Below are positions 1 through 8,918 of a stretch of 35,658 nt of DNA, one piece after another. The notes under the pieces are model-generated. The model was not told where the DNA came from, did not search any database, and worked only from the letters and a program-made list of their open reading frames with translations. Where the stretch lies: contig WTCB01000066.1 of the NCBI GenBank assembly GCA_013138765.1, forward strand, positions 1 to 35,658. Direction: 5' to 3'. The position numbers were made by a program, and so were the translations under genes. How positions within the stretch are numbered: the stretch's first letter is position 1; each line of letters begins with the position of its first letter. The stretch comes from Candidatus Nanohaloarchaea archaeon (GTDB lineage: Archaea > EX4484-52 > GLR71).

Positions 1-1
1 C

Positions 2-505
2 GCAAATGCGCAGATAGTTCAAAGACTCGATAATCTTGAAATAAAACAACTTGAGACTAATAAAAAGATTGATTCTGTTTTGGATGCAATGGAAGTTAAA
101 GAGATTGCGCCTAAACAAGGCATCTTCTTTGACGGTCAGATATTTGATGCATATAAATTTGTTTCAGATCTTATACGGCGTGCAAAAGAATCAATTATTT
201 TAATTGATAATTTTGTTGATGATTCTGTCTTGACATTGTTCTCTAAAAGAGACGATGATGTGCGCGCTGTAATCTATACAAAAAATATTACAGAACAATT
301 AAAGTTAGACTTGAATAAATACAATTCTCAATATCCTCAAATCTTGATTAAAGAATTTAAGAAGTCGCATGATAGATTTTTGATAATTGATGATAAAGAA
401 GTATATCATATTGGCGCATCATTAAAGGATTTAGGAAAGAAATGGTTTGCATTCTCTAAATTCAATAGAGATGCATTCAAACTTCTAGAAAGATTGGAAA
501 ACTAA
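2..505 (+). CDS. 5'-truncated ORF6N/RhuM-associated DNA-binding protein with C-terminal PLD-like nuclease domain
   Basis: Frame is open from the window edge (ANAQIVQRLDNLEIKQLETNKKIDSVLDAM...). GIFFDGQIFDAY, IILIDNFVD, SHDRFLIIDD and YHIGASLKDLGKKWFAFS are typical of this family's C-terminus. Confidence 0.75.
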   Translation, partial: ANAQIVQRLDNLEIKQLETNKKIDSVLDAMEVKEIAPKQGIFFDGQIFDAYKFVSDLIRRAKESIILIDNFVDDSVLTLFSKRDDDVRAVIYTKNITEQLKLDLNKYNSQYPQILIKEFKKSHDRFLIIDDKEVYHIGASLKDLGKKWFAFSKFNRDAFKLLERLEN

Positions 506-630
506 TATTTAAATGTCAATTAAAAATATTTTTAAATTTTGTCATTAATTACCACCGAATGTGTCACCTAATTATATGCAAGGCAGTCGGATACATTTTA
601 TCGTACGGTAAGAATCAATATAGATTAAAT

Positions 631-716
631 GCGGGTTTGAATTCGTTTACAATATCGCCTTCAAAACTGGAAGATATAAGAGTGAGACTTTTGCGCATAA
701 GGATATTGCTTTTGAG
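631..716 (+). pseudogene. KilA-N domain gene remnant
   Basis: One frame reads AGLNSFTISPSK; a shifted frame reads KTGRYKSETFAHKDIAFE. Both match the KilA-N consensus AGLNSFTxSPxxW...SKxGRYGGTFAHKDIAFEF, with the middle segment deleted and no intact ORF. Confidence 0.7.
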
Positions 717-749
717 TCCTTGAACTTAATTTAAAGGTTATCTGTTTAT

Positions 750-1412
750 TCATTTCTCAATATAACTCCAATATGAGTTATCACCTATTATTACATGGTC
801 TAAGACTTTGATGTTTAATAACTCACCTGCTTTTATCAATTTCTTTGTTATAGAAAGATCTTCGTCAGATGGCGCACAATCACCTGAAGGATGGTTGTGG
901 ACCAATATAATTGAATTTGCGCTCTCTTTTATGGCGGACTTAAATACTTCGCGAGGATGGATAAGGGAAGCATTTAATATACCAATTGATATTGTCTCGT
1001 CTTTTGTGATCTTGTTTTTGGTGTCAAGGTGCAATATTACAAAATGCTCGCGGTCAAGATCTTTTAATCTTTCATGCGCATAATTAAAAACGTCTTTTGC
1101 TGATTTGATTGAAACGTTTTTATCTTGTTTTGAAATATTGTATCTTTTATTGAATTCAAATAAAGCTTTTACTTGCATTGCTTTTACTGGACCTATACCT
1201 TTAATCTTTTGAAGTTCGGGAAATGATAATGTGGATAGATTAGAGAGACCATAAGTTGTTATTAAGCGGTTGCTCATGTCGATTACGTTTTCGTATCTTG
1301 TTCCTTTTTCAAGAATTATCGCTAACAATTCTGCATCACTTAAAGAATAAGCTCCATTTTTTTTAAATCGTTCTCGAGGTCTGTTCTCTTTTGATATGTC
1401 TTTTATGCGCAT
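750..1412 (-). CDS. radC: RadC / UPF0758 JAB-domain protein
   Basis: RPRERF, LSDAELLAIIL, HhH IKGIGPVKA, HPREVFK, JAMM motif HNHPSGDCAPSDED, LDHVIIG; GGAG RBS upstream. Confidence 0.95.
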   Translation of the reverse strand: MRIKDISKENRPRERFKKNGAYSLSDAELLAIILEKGTRYENVIDMSNRLITTYGLSNLSTLSFPELQKIKGIGPVKAMQVKALFEFNKRYNISKQDKNVSIKSAKDVFNYAHERLKDLDREHFVILHLDTKNKITKDETISIGILNASLIHPREVFKSAIKESANSIILVHNHPSGDCAPSDEDLSITKKLIKAGELLNIKVLDHVIIGDNSYWSYIEK

Positions 1413-1430
1413 AACATTTTAACTCCTATT

Positions 1431-2768
1431 TTAATCTATAATCGTCCAATGACCGTATTTAGCAGAGCCTATTCGTTTTATTAATTTATTTTTTTGTAAT
1501 TTAGATAAATTTCGTTCTATAGTTCTAATGTCTTTCTGGAAAAAATCAGTCATTATCTCTGCAGTAATTAATTTATTTTCAATAATTTTCTCTAAAATAT
1601 TTTGTTGTAATTTTGATAATTTTACACCGGCATTTACACCGGCATTTACACCGGCATTTACACAGTTTCGAGGAAATATTACTCTAAACCAATTTGAACT
1701 AATTTTAAATTTAATATTTGGAACTAATGATTTCATTCGGCTAATTCCTGAACCAATCTTTTCAACATATCTAAGTCGTTGCATGCAATTAACTAAAATA
1801 TGATTGCGAGAAACACTAACTTCTCCTAAATCATTTTTATCGAATAATAAGTTCCCGGGATTTGAAACTTCAACTCGATTTAAAAATATGTCAATCTGTA
1901 CACGCCCTTTTGAAAAATAATCTCTATGGATCATTGCATTAATGATTGCTTCACGAAGTGCTTCTTCTTGAATTTCAGGAGTATCTATTCTTTCAATACC
2001 TTTGATAATAGCTCCAGTCTTTGTATTTCTCATAACAAAAATTACTGAATCATTAAAATTAGAAACAAAATCTGCATCAAATTCTTTTTTATCTAAAATT
2101 TCAGCTCTATCTGTTCCAGAATACAAAACACAACTAATGACTGCATTTGTAAAAAATTTACTGATTTTTGAAGAAAATAATAATACGCAGGCATTATTTT
2201 GGATGGTATCTGTAAGTAAAGACAGATTTTTTAAGATATGTTTTCGATTTATATTTGATGGCAGATTTGTGCGTCTTAAAAATTTCTGAAAAAGATTATT
2301 ATCAAAATCTGTTGCCAAATCAAAATCGGTATTAATCTTATCATCAAAACTTAGCTTGTTTTTTAGTTCAAACAAGCTTCTGATTTCGTCGGGTGATATT
2401 AATTTTTGAGTCATGTTTCCTTCTCTTATAAAAAACATGCCATTGATATTATGTAGCTCGTCACTTTTGAAGACTTCAATTATGATGACATGCAATTCAT
2501 CACAGACACTAATATGTATCTTTAGGTTAGGATTTATCTCGCGGGCAAAATGCTGGACTTGTGCTAAAATTGAATTATTGTAATCAACACCGAGCACTTT
2601 GCCAGAATCAGTAACACCTACTAATATCTTTCCACCTAATGTGTTTGCAAATGCACAGATAGAATATTTAATCGATTTTCTAAGTTCTCTGCTTAAACTT
2701 TCCTTAAATTCTAGATGTAAACTTTCATCAAATGAAATTAATTCAAGTAATTCATTTTTTGTGTACAT
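1431..2768 (-). CDS. Schlafen/AlbA_2 + HATPase_c_4 + C-terminal wHTH protein (often mis-annotated RecG-like regulator)
   Basis: ESLHLEFKES...ICAFANTLGGKILVGVTDSG (AlbA_2); ALREAIINAMIHRDY, NPG and VEKIGSGI (HATPase_c_4); RTIERNLSKL...RIGSAKYGHW (HTH). Confidence 0.9.
   Translation of the reverse strand: MYTKNELLELISFDESLHLEFKESLSRELRKSIKYSICAFANTLGGKILVGVTDSGKVLGVDYNNSILAQVQHFAREINPNLKIHISVCDELHVIIIEVFKSDELHNINGMFFIREGNMTQKLISPDEIRSLFELKNKLSFDDKINTDFDLATDFDNNLFQKFLRRTNLPSNINRKHILKNLSLLTDTIQNNACVLLFSSKISKFFTNAVISCVLYSGTDRAEILDKKEFDADFVSNFNDSVIFVMRNTKTGAIIKGIERIDTPEIQEEALREAIINAMIHRDYFSKGRVQIDIFLNRVEVSNPGNLLFDKNDLGEVSVSRNHILVNCMQRLRYVEKIGSGISRMKSLVPNIKFKISSNWFRVIFPRNCVNAGVNAGVNAGVKLSKLQQNILEKIIENKLITAEIMTDFFQKDIRTIERNLSKLQKNKLIKRIGSAKYGHWTIID
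1621..1663. repeat. In-frame 12-bp tandem repeat (TTTACACCGGCA x3 plus a 7-bp partial copy)
   Basis: Read directly; encodes VNAG-VNAG-VNAG-VK in the linker before the HTH. Confidence 0.95.
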
Positions 2769-2854
2769 TATGTATCATTAACATTACATCATACATAAAA
2801 ATTGGTTACCACTTATGGTGGTTACTTTTTGATTTTTAATTAACAGAAATTTTA

Positions 2855-3340
2855 TTATTTATATCTGTCTTTACTAAGGATTTCAAATACTTTTACCGGT
2901 ACAAGGTGCTTTATCTCTTTTTTTTCTTTTATGCGCAATCGGATATTGGTGCCGTTTAAGATTTCTTTGTCAAGAAAATCCGGGTCTTCAACTTTGCAGA
3001 AAGGTTCCATGCATCTTCTTGTCCATCCGTTGCCGCTGTAGGCAACTGTTGCATCGGGTGCAATCTGTCTTAGGTTCTTGATCCATTCGTCGTCGTCTGT
3101 GCAGTCGTCAAGGCCTGAAATTGATATCTGTCTGTTTTCGATTAAATTTTGTAATGATTTAGAAATAATATCTTTTCGTGTCTCAAAAGATAATGGATTG
3201 CTGTCTGTGTCTTTCTTGTCTGCGCTACCTATGATTATGTGAAGGTGGTCTATGTCATCTTGCTCGATTATATTTCTGATCGCGTTTACATGACCGTTGT
3301 GCAATGGCTGGAACCTGCCAACAAAAACTGCTTTTTCCAT
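2855..3340 (-). CDS. nadM: Nicotinamide-nucleotide adenylyltransferase (archaeal NMNAT, cytidylyltransferase family)
   Basis: GRFQPLHNGH, IIIGSA, NPLSFETR, NGTNIR. Start moved to the ATG at 3340 (MEKAVFVG). Confidence 0.85.
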   Translation of the reverse strand: MEKAVFVGRFQPLHNGHVNAIRNIIEQDDIDHLHIIIGSADKKDTDSNPLSFETRKDIISKSLQNLIENRQISISGLDDCTDDDEWIKNLRQIAPDATVAYSGNGWTRRCMEPFCKVEDPDFLDKEILNGTNIRLRIKEKKEIKHLVPVKVFEILSKDRYK

Positions 3341-3498
3341 AAATATCATCAACTATAATTATCAAATATTATCAAAGATCTTATTATACTTGATTATATT
3401 AGTAATTTATTAAACATTTTAAATGTTTGTAATATTTTTTTAGCTATGTCAACTTTTATATAGGGGTGTGGGTAAAATAAAGTAGAGTAACTTTGTAG

Positions 3499-4287
3499 AT
3501 GATGTTTATGGCTGTCAGTGATATATTGAAAAATGCGTACAATCTTGTGAAAAATAATTTTCGTGAATCTTTGCTTATAGGTCTCATCTTTTGGTCTGCG
3601 GTATTAATTATTGAAGGTTTTTTCATAGTTACAGGTCTTGTTACGCTTGAACAATTATCAATTGGTACTTCTCCTATGATATCAGTCATGAGCATATTCC
3701 TATCTTTTGTGCTTGCCATGCTTTCGGGTGGTGTCTATTATAGCATCAATCTTATGCGCGATAAAAAGATTAAGCTATCAAATATTCGCAAAGGTATAGA
3801 TACAAGATGGGCTGATATTTTTAAAGCGTTCATCGTCATTCAATTTATTGCGGCAATTGTTGGATCTATGATCAATATTTTGATGGATAATTATATGTTG
3901 ACTTCAACATCTGTCAGTGTTTTTGTGTATTCTTTATTTTTTGTCATTGCTTTATCTGTTCAGCTGTCACTTATCTTTTCAATACCTATAGTTGCTGCAA
4001 CTAAAGTTGATGGGTTTTCCGCTGTTAAAAAAAGTGTGAAGTTTTTTACAGGTAATGTCTCTTTAGTTGCAGGGGCAATATTGTCTGTATTTGTGATATT
4101 TTTTTCAGTTATGCTTGTCATATTGGGAATAACTGGAATTGCCGGATATCTGGCTGAGATAAGTATTTATCTATCTATACCATTTTTATTGGCCATTGCC
4201 GTTTTAATGTTTTTTGTACTGTTCTTGGCGTTCCCATTCATGTCATTCGTGATTGTCGGTGTCTATAAAGAAGGTACGAAAAAGTAA
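3499..4287 (+). CDS. Multi-pass membrane protein of unknown function
   Basis: 262 aa with about six hydrophobic segments; the AVKKSVKFF motif is typical of DUF975/DUF4013-like proteins. Confidence 0.7.
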   Translation: MMFMAVSDILKNAYNLVKNNFRESLLIGLIFWSAVLIIEGFFIVTGLVTLEQLSIGTSPMISVMSIFLSFVLAMLSGGVYYSINLMRDKKIKLSNIRKGIDTRWADIFKAFIVIQFIAAIVGSMINILMDNYMLTSTSVSVFVYSLFFVIALSVQLSLIFSIPIVAATKVDGFSAVKKSVKFFTGNVSLVAGAILSVFVIFFSVMLVILGITGIAGYLAEISIYLSIPFLLAIAVLMFFVLFLAFPFMSFVIVGVYKEGTKK

Positions 4288-4349
4288 TTTTTCTTTTATC
4301 AGTAAATATATTTTTATACGTATAGGTACTAATCTATAGATAGGTAGCT

Positions 4350-7043
4350 ATGGAATTCATTATTGACTTATCAATACTTTCATCTTCTGACCGTGAAAAA
4401 GTAGGGGATAAAGCAATTGCATTATCACAACTGATAGCTGCAAAGTTTCCGGTACCATCTGGTTCTGTGATAACCAATGCCGGGTTTCATGAATTTGCTG
4501 TAGAAAATAATATTTCTGAATCAATAATTCGGCTGTTGCAGGAGATAGGTAATTGCGGTCCGGAAGAACTTGCTGAAAAATCTAAGAAAGTGCGCGATTT
4601 AATCCTTTCCGGGAAAATTCCTAAAAAATTAAAAGATGAAATCAAGGCCACATATTCTTCATTGGGCATAAGCCCTGAGATGCAGGATCTTAATCATGAT
4701 ACGCTCGGGACAATAAATGCAGGCGGAAATAATGCTTCTGTTGCCATAAGGTCCAGTGTTTTTACTAATGGTTCTAAAAAGATAACATTTAGGGGTTTCT
4801 ATAAATCTTATCTTCATGTAAGTGGGCTTCAAGGTGTGATAGACAAAATAAAAGAATCATGGGCAAACATATACAGCGATGAGGCAATATTTGCAAGGCA
4901 GAAGTATAATGGTGGTCAGGATATATTTACTGGCATAATTATTCAGAAGATGATCGATGGTGAAAAATCCGGCATGTGTTCTACTGCAAATCCTATGACA
5001 AATAATCTGAATGAGATTGTCATTGAAAGCAGTTTTGGTTGTGGGCTTGTGTCTGATGGTGAGATAACGCCTGATGTCTTTATAACTGATAAGACTTCTT
5101 CAGCACTTAACGGCAAGAAAATAAATCATAAGGAATGGCGTTTTGTGAAACACGCAGTCAGTGGAGATGTGATAAAAGAAAAAGTATCTCCTGAACTTAC
5201 TAATTCTGAATCAATTGATGGAAATGAGATAATTTCTATTTCTAATCTTGCAAAGAGTGTTGAAGCTTTTGCAAAGTATCCAGTCTATATAGAATGGGTC
5301 TTCAAGAGGGATAAGCTTTATCTTGTTGATGTGTCTAATATTTCGACAATCAATAAACCGCTTAAAGCGATATATGAAACATCTGAGGTATCTGCATTTA
5401 ATGGGATCGGTGCAAACAGCGGTAATGGGAACGGTGTGGCTGTCAAGGTGCACAATATTTCTGATGTCTTAAAAGTTAGGGCGGGAAATATATTTATTGC
5501 ACCAGTCATTGAACCTTCATCAATACTTGTCTTAAATCGTGTGGGTGGTGTCATTTCTGAGAATGGTGGCCTTTTGTCTGATATGTCTATTCTGTGTCGT
5601 GAACTTGATATTCCCTTAATTGTCAATTGTCCTGGTATCTGTGGCAATATTTCCGATGGGACTAAAATTGCAATGGATGCTACTTCAGGGAAGATATATG
5701 TTAAAGCTGTACCTCAAGATGATATGGATAATGTGGGACAAGAGACATCCAGTCCGCAAGCGAATAATGTGTCTTTCAATGTGTCATCTGATGTTTCTGA
5801 TACTGGAAGTAATGTTCGCGATGTGGACGCGTCTGTTGATATGAGCGGTTCTGACACAGATGGTGCTGTTTTGCAATCTGCACCGGTTGGTCATTCTTTT
5901 GAAGATAAGAATTCTTTGTCTCAAGGTGCAAGCAATGTTGGCGGTAATGTATTTCGTGATTCAAATCTGCAGCAATCTGCAGATGCGAATAATATGGATC
6001 TATCAGTCTCTGAAAGAGAGAATGTTAATTTAAATAATACCAGTGACAATAATAGTATTGATACAGATATCATTAATAATTCTGTTAATGTCAATGACAT
6101 AAATAATAATGTTTCTAGTGTGGATAATATGATTGAAGAAGACCCGTTAGCAATGATTACCGGAACAAAAGTCAAGGTTCTTGCTTCGGATGTGCAGAAT
6201 GTTGAGGAAGTTTTTGACGGTATTGGTCTTTTTCCATCTGAACTTGTATTATTAAATTTAGGGAAGCATCCAGACAAGATACTTTCTGAGGGTATGGAAG
6301 AAGAATTGGTCAAGTATCTTGAGACTAAATTGAGTCCTATTGTTGAATCAGCATATCCTAAATCTGTAACATTCAGGACATTGAGCGCGCAGACGTCGAC
6401 TCTTAGCGGTCTTCCTGATGGAAGTCATGAGGTTGTTGAGGCTAATCCTAAGCTTGGTTGGAGAGGTATAAGGCGGACTCTTGATTCTCCCGCAATATTT
6501 AAGGCTGAGCTTAAGGCGCTTAACAATCTTATACTTAAAGGATATAAAAATATAGAGATACTTCTGCCTTTTGTGCATCATCCGCAGCAGATATATGAAA
6601 TAAACAATATTTTTAAAGAGTGCGGTATCGATATGCAGAACCTTAAAGTCGGTATAAGTGTTGAAGTACCTGCTGCCGGATTGGCGTCAACTGAATTTGT
6701 TAAGGCTGGCATTGATTTTGTATTCATCGATTCAGACAGGCTTGCAGAACACATGCTTGGGATAGATTCGTTGAATGAAAAGGTGAATAAGCATTTTGAT
6801 GCAAAACATCCCGGGGTACTGAGGATGATAAAGATGATCATTGACGGCTACAAAAAAAATAAGGTTCCTGTAAGTGTGGGCGGGTCTATGCTCAATGAGG
6901 GTGAGATAATCGATAAGCTTGTTGAATTTGGTGTGGATGCAATAGTTGTTCCGGCTGACAAGGCAAAAGTTTCAAAGTATGTTGTTGCGCGCGCTGAAAG
7001 GAAGATGCTTCTGGATATCATGCGAGAGCGTGGCAATTATTGA
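4350..7043 (+). CDS. PEP synthase / pyruvate,water dikinase homologue, apparently catalytically degenerate
   Basis: All three PpsA domains are recognisable (VAIRSS, IQKMI, IEW; RELDIP; EANPKLGWRGIRR, VEVPAA), but the phospho-His and catalytic Cys are missing. Asn/Asp/Ser-rich insert at about 5710-6140. Confidence 0.85.
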   Translation: MEFIIDLSILSSSDREKVGDKAIALSQLIAAKFPVPSGSVITNAGFHEFAVENNISESIIRLLQEIGNCGPEELAEKSKKVRDLILSGKIPKKLKDEIKATYSSLGISPEMQDLNHDTLGTINAGGNNASVAIRSSVFTNGSKKITFRGFYKSYLHVSGLQGVIDKIKESWANIYSDEAIFARQKYNGGQDIFTGIIIQKMIDGEKSGMCSTANPMTNNLNEIVIESSFGCGLVSDGEITPDVFITDKTSSALNGKKINHKEWRFVKHAVSGDVIKEKVSPELTNSESIDGNEIISISNLAKSVEAFAKYPVYIEWVFKRDKLYLVDVSNISTINKPLKAIYETSEVSAFNGIGANSGNGNGVAVKVHNISDVLKVRAGNIFIAPVIEPSSILVLNRVGGVISENGGLLSDMSILCRELDIPLIVNCPGICGNISDGTKIAMDATSGKIYVKAVPQDDMDNVGQETSSPQANNVSFNVSSDVSDTGSNVRDVDASVDMSGSDTDGAVLQSAPVGHSFEDKNSLSQGASNVGGNVFRDSNLQQSADANNMDLSVSERENVNLNNTSDNNSIDTDIINNSVNVNDINNNVSSVDNMIEEDPLAMITGTKVKVLASDVQNVEEVFDGIGLFPSELVLLNLGKHPDKILSEGMEEELVKYLETKLSPIVESAYPKSVTFRTLSAQTSTLSGLPDGSHEVVEANPKLGWRGIRRTLDSPAIFKAELKALNNLILKGYKNIEILLPFVHHPQQIYEINNIFKECGIDMQNLKVGISVEVPAAGLASTEFVKAGIDFVFIDSDRLAEHMLGIDSLNEKVNKHFDAKHPGVLRMIKMIIDGYKKNKVPVSVGGSMLNEGEIIDKLVEFGVDAIVVPADKAKVSKYVVARAERKMLLDIMRERGNY

Positions 7044-7091
7044 TTAATATTTAAATTGTTATAAAGCTGTTTTTGGTTTGAAAAAACTCGT

Positions 7092-7138
7092 CAGAAATTC
7101 CATAAGTCTGTTGCATAGCAACAGTTGTGTTTTTAAGT
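7092..7138. repeat. Dispersed non-coding element, copy 1
   Basis: CAGAAATTCCATAAGT-CTGTTGCATAGCAACAG-TTGTGTTTTTAAGT; 40/48 identical to 18684-18731 by hand alignment; perfect hairpin CTGTTGC-ATA-GCAACAG. Confidence 0.8.
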
Positions 7139-7240
7139 ATGGGATGAATGGTGTGATGTTTATTTTTTTGTTATGATGTTTGTTGGGTTTAGAGAAAACA
7201 AAAGAGTATTTATAGGTACATTAATGTTAAATGATGATTT

Positions 7241-7279
7241 TTGCTTCTGGGCAAAGCGAAGACGTCGCCTGAAGGGCAA
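7241..7279. other. GC-rich imperfect hairpin in an AT-rich intergenic region
   Basis: TTGC-TTC...GCGA-AGACG-TCGC-CTGAAG-GGCAA, 35 bp beyond the stop of the 7314-8738 gene. Confidence 0.4.
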
Positions 7280-7313
7280 GTCTTTAGATCGGGAAAGATG
7301 TCAAATTAAAAAA

Positions 7314-8738
7314 TTAATTTTTATCCTGAATAAAATCTGTTTTCATTAAAATAATAGGTTCATTTTTTGGTTTTGGAGCTTTAATTTGTGGATTTTTTAG
7401 ATGGAGAACCACAAATTTATAAAAATCAAATAGCATCTCTTCAATTAATTTGATGAAGACTTTAGATTTTTCAAAAGGTAAAGTTTTATTAAAAATAATT
7501 CTAAATTCATTTATATTTTGAGTTTTATCAATTGTTTTATAACTATTTTCAGTAAGTTCATTAAAATTAATTGATACATTACGACTATTTCCTCTAATAA
7601 TTGTTTTAACTGACAAATGATTAATTAATTTCTCAAATCTCTCATTGTCCGAGTCACATTTCTTAATTTGTTTTCTGATATCTGTAAAATTTGCTCTGAT
7701 TGAATTATGAGGATTTGTTTTAACAGAAACAAACATTTGAACATTATTACTATGTAAATTCAAAGTTATATGTATATCTGATACTACATTTTTAATTTTC
7801 AAATTAGAAATTAATTCCTGTTTTGCACATAACATTTCAACATCACGATTTATCCGATCCTGAATATTATTTTTAAATTTAGAATTTCCTAAAGTTACTA
7901 AAACACCTAATTCAGAACTTAATTTTAACATCATATTTTTTTCTTCTTGAATCCAACTTAATATTGCTTCCCTAATATTAGAATCTGTTTTTCTTATTTT
8001 TTTAGATTGTTTAATCTCTTTACAAATAGTTATCCAACCATCATTCATTTGAGAAAAATCCATTATTCCAGATTTATTATGTTCAAAATACGATACAACT
8101 TCTTGCATAATCGCAACTTGGTCTTCATCTTTAATTCTTTTATTATTTCCTTGGTCCTTAAATAATAATAAGTTTGCTTCAGTTAAAATATAAGTCCATG
8201 AAAAATGGAATAAATCAACTCGTTTAGTTAGTTTAATATTTTTAATTGGTGATTGTGTTGGGGAGGTGACAAATTCATTTGAGATGGTCACTATTTTAGG
8301 AACATTATATTTTTTAGCAATTTCAATATATTTATTTATTTGTAGTTCCGTTAATTTATCTGATTTATTTTTCATTTCAAAAAATGCTGCGTCTACAATT
8401 ATACCTTTAGAAACATAAATAATTAAACCATCAACTCTCGAATTTTCTAGTCCACCCGAGCTATTAAATGCAGCTTCACGATATAAAAATATATTATTTT
8501 TATTTTTTCCTTTAAATTTAATTTCATTCAATAATTTTTCTCTAAATTCATCAACTAATTTTAAACTTGCTAAAAATACTGAAGTTAAAGCTTGTTCATC
8601 ACCAAGTTTTTCAATAGGTATTAATTTAACACTTTGAACTTGTAGGGTCTCATAATTAGGCATATTGGGATTAATAAAATTGTCAAATTCTGTTTTATTT
8701 AAACCAACTATTTTTTTTAATTCTTTTTTATTCATCAT
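7314..8738 (-). CDS. PD-(D/E)XK nuclease-like hypothetical protein
   Basis: RVDGLI...AAFFEMKNK...QINKY motif; VKLIP...EQALTSVFLASL N-terminus; very AT-rich; AGGTG RBS. Confidence 0.65.
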   Translation of the reverse strand: MMNKKELKKIVGLNKTEFDNFINPNMPNYETLQVQSVKLIPIEKLGDEQALTSVFLASLKLVDEFREKLLNEIKFKGKNKNNIFLYREAAFNSSGGLENSRVDGLIIYVSKGIIVDAAFFEMKNKSDKLTELQINKYIEIAKKYNVPKIVTISNEFVTSPTQSPIKNIKLTKRVDLFHFSWTYILTEANLLLFKDQGNNKRIKDEDQVAIMQEVVSYFEHNKSGIMDFSQMNDGWITICKEIKQSKKIRKTDSNIREAILSWIQEEKNMMLKLSSELGVLVTLGNSKFKNNIQDRINRDVEMLCAKQELISNLKIKNVVSDIHITLNLHSNNVQMFVSVKTNPHNSIRANFTDIRKQIKKCDSDNERFEKLINHLSVKTIIRGNSRNVSINFNELTENSYKTIDKTQNINEFRIIFNKTLPFEKSKVFIKLIEEMLFDFYKFVVLHLKNPQIKAPKPKNEPIILMKTDFIQDKN

Positions 8739-8918
8739 AGCACCTTTATTAGATATTATTAAATTTATTTTGTATTTGTTAAATTAATCCATTCAACTTT
8801 TGTGGTTTTTTAAAAAACTGTAAATAGCATGTAATTTAATACTCTTTTATACAAATGAAAACCATACCTATTTAGTATTTATTTATGGTATTCAAGTTTA
8901 AATGTTTTTCGTTAGGAT

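Noticed and set aside
552-565. 14-bp match CCACCGAATGTGTC shared with 26844-26857 inside rnhC
   Set aside because: A few matches of this length are expected by chance in 35 kb, and there is no repeat-spacer context.
2803-2826. Short hairpin ACCAC-TTATG-GTGGT containing ACTTATGG, the reverse complement of part of the dispersed repeat
   Set aside because: Only an 8-bp match and a 5-bp stem, which is chance level.
7050-7140. Repeat as a small peptide gene (VAMQQTYGIS vs VALQHTYGIS, or MEFL...)
   Set aside because: Start and stop are not shared, and a 1-nt indel separates the copies.
7231-7272. Canonical C/D box guide sRNA
   Set aside because: Only 31 nt between boxes C and D, too short for two guides plus D'/C'; kept only as a weak finding.
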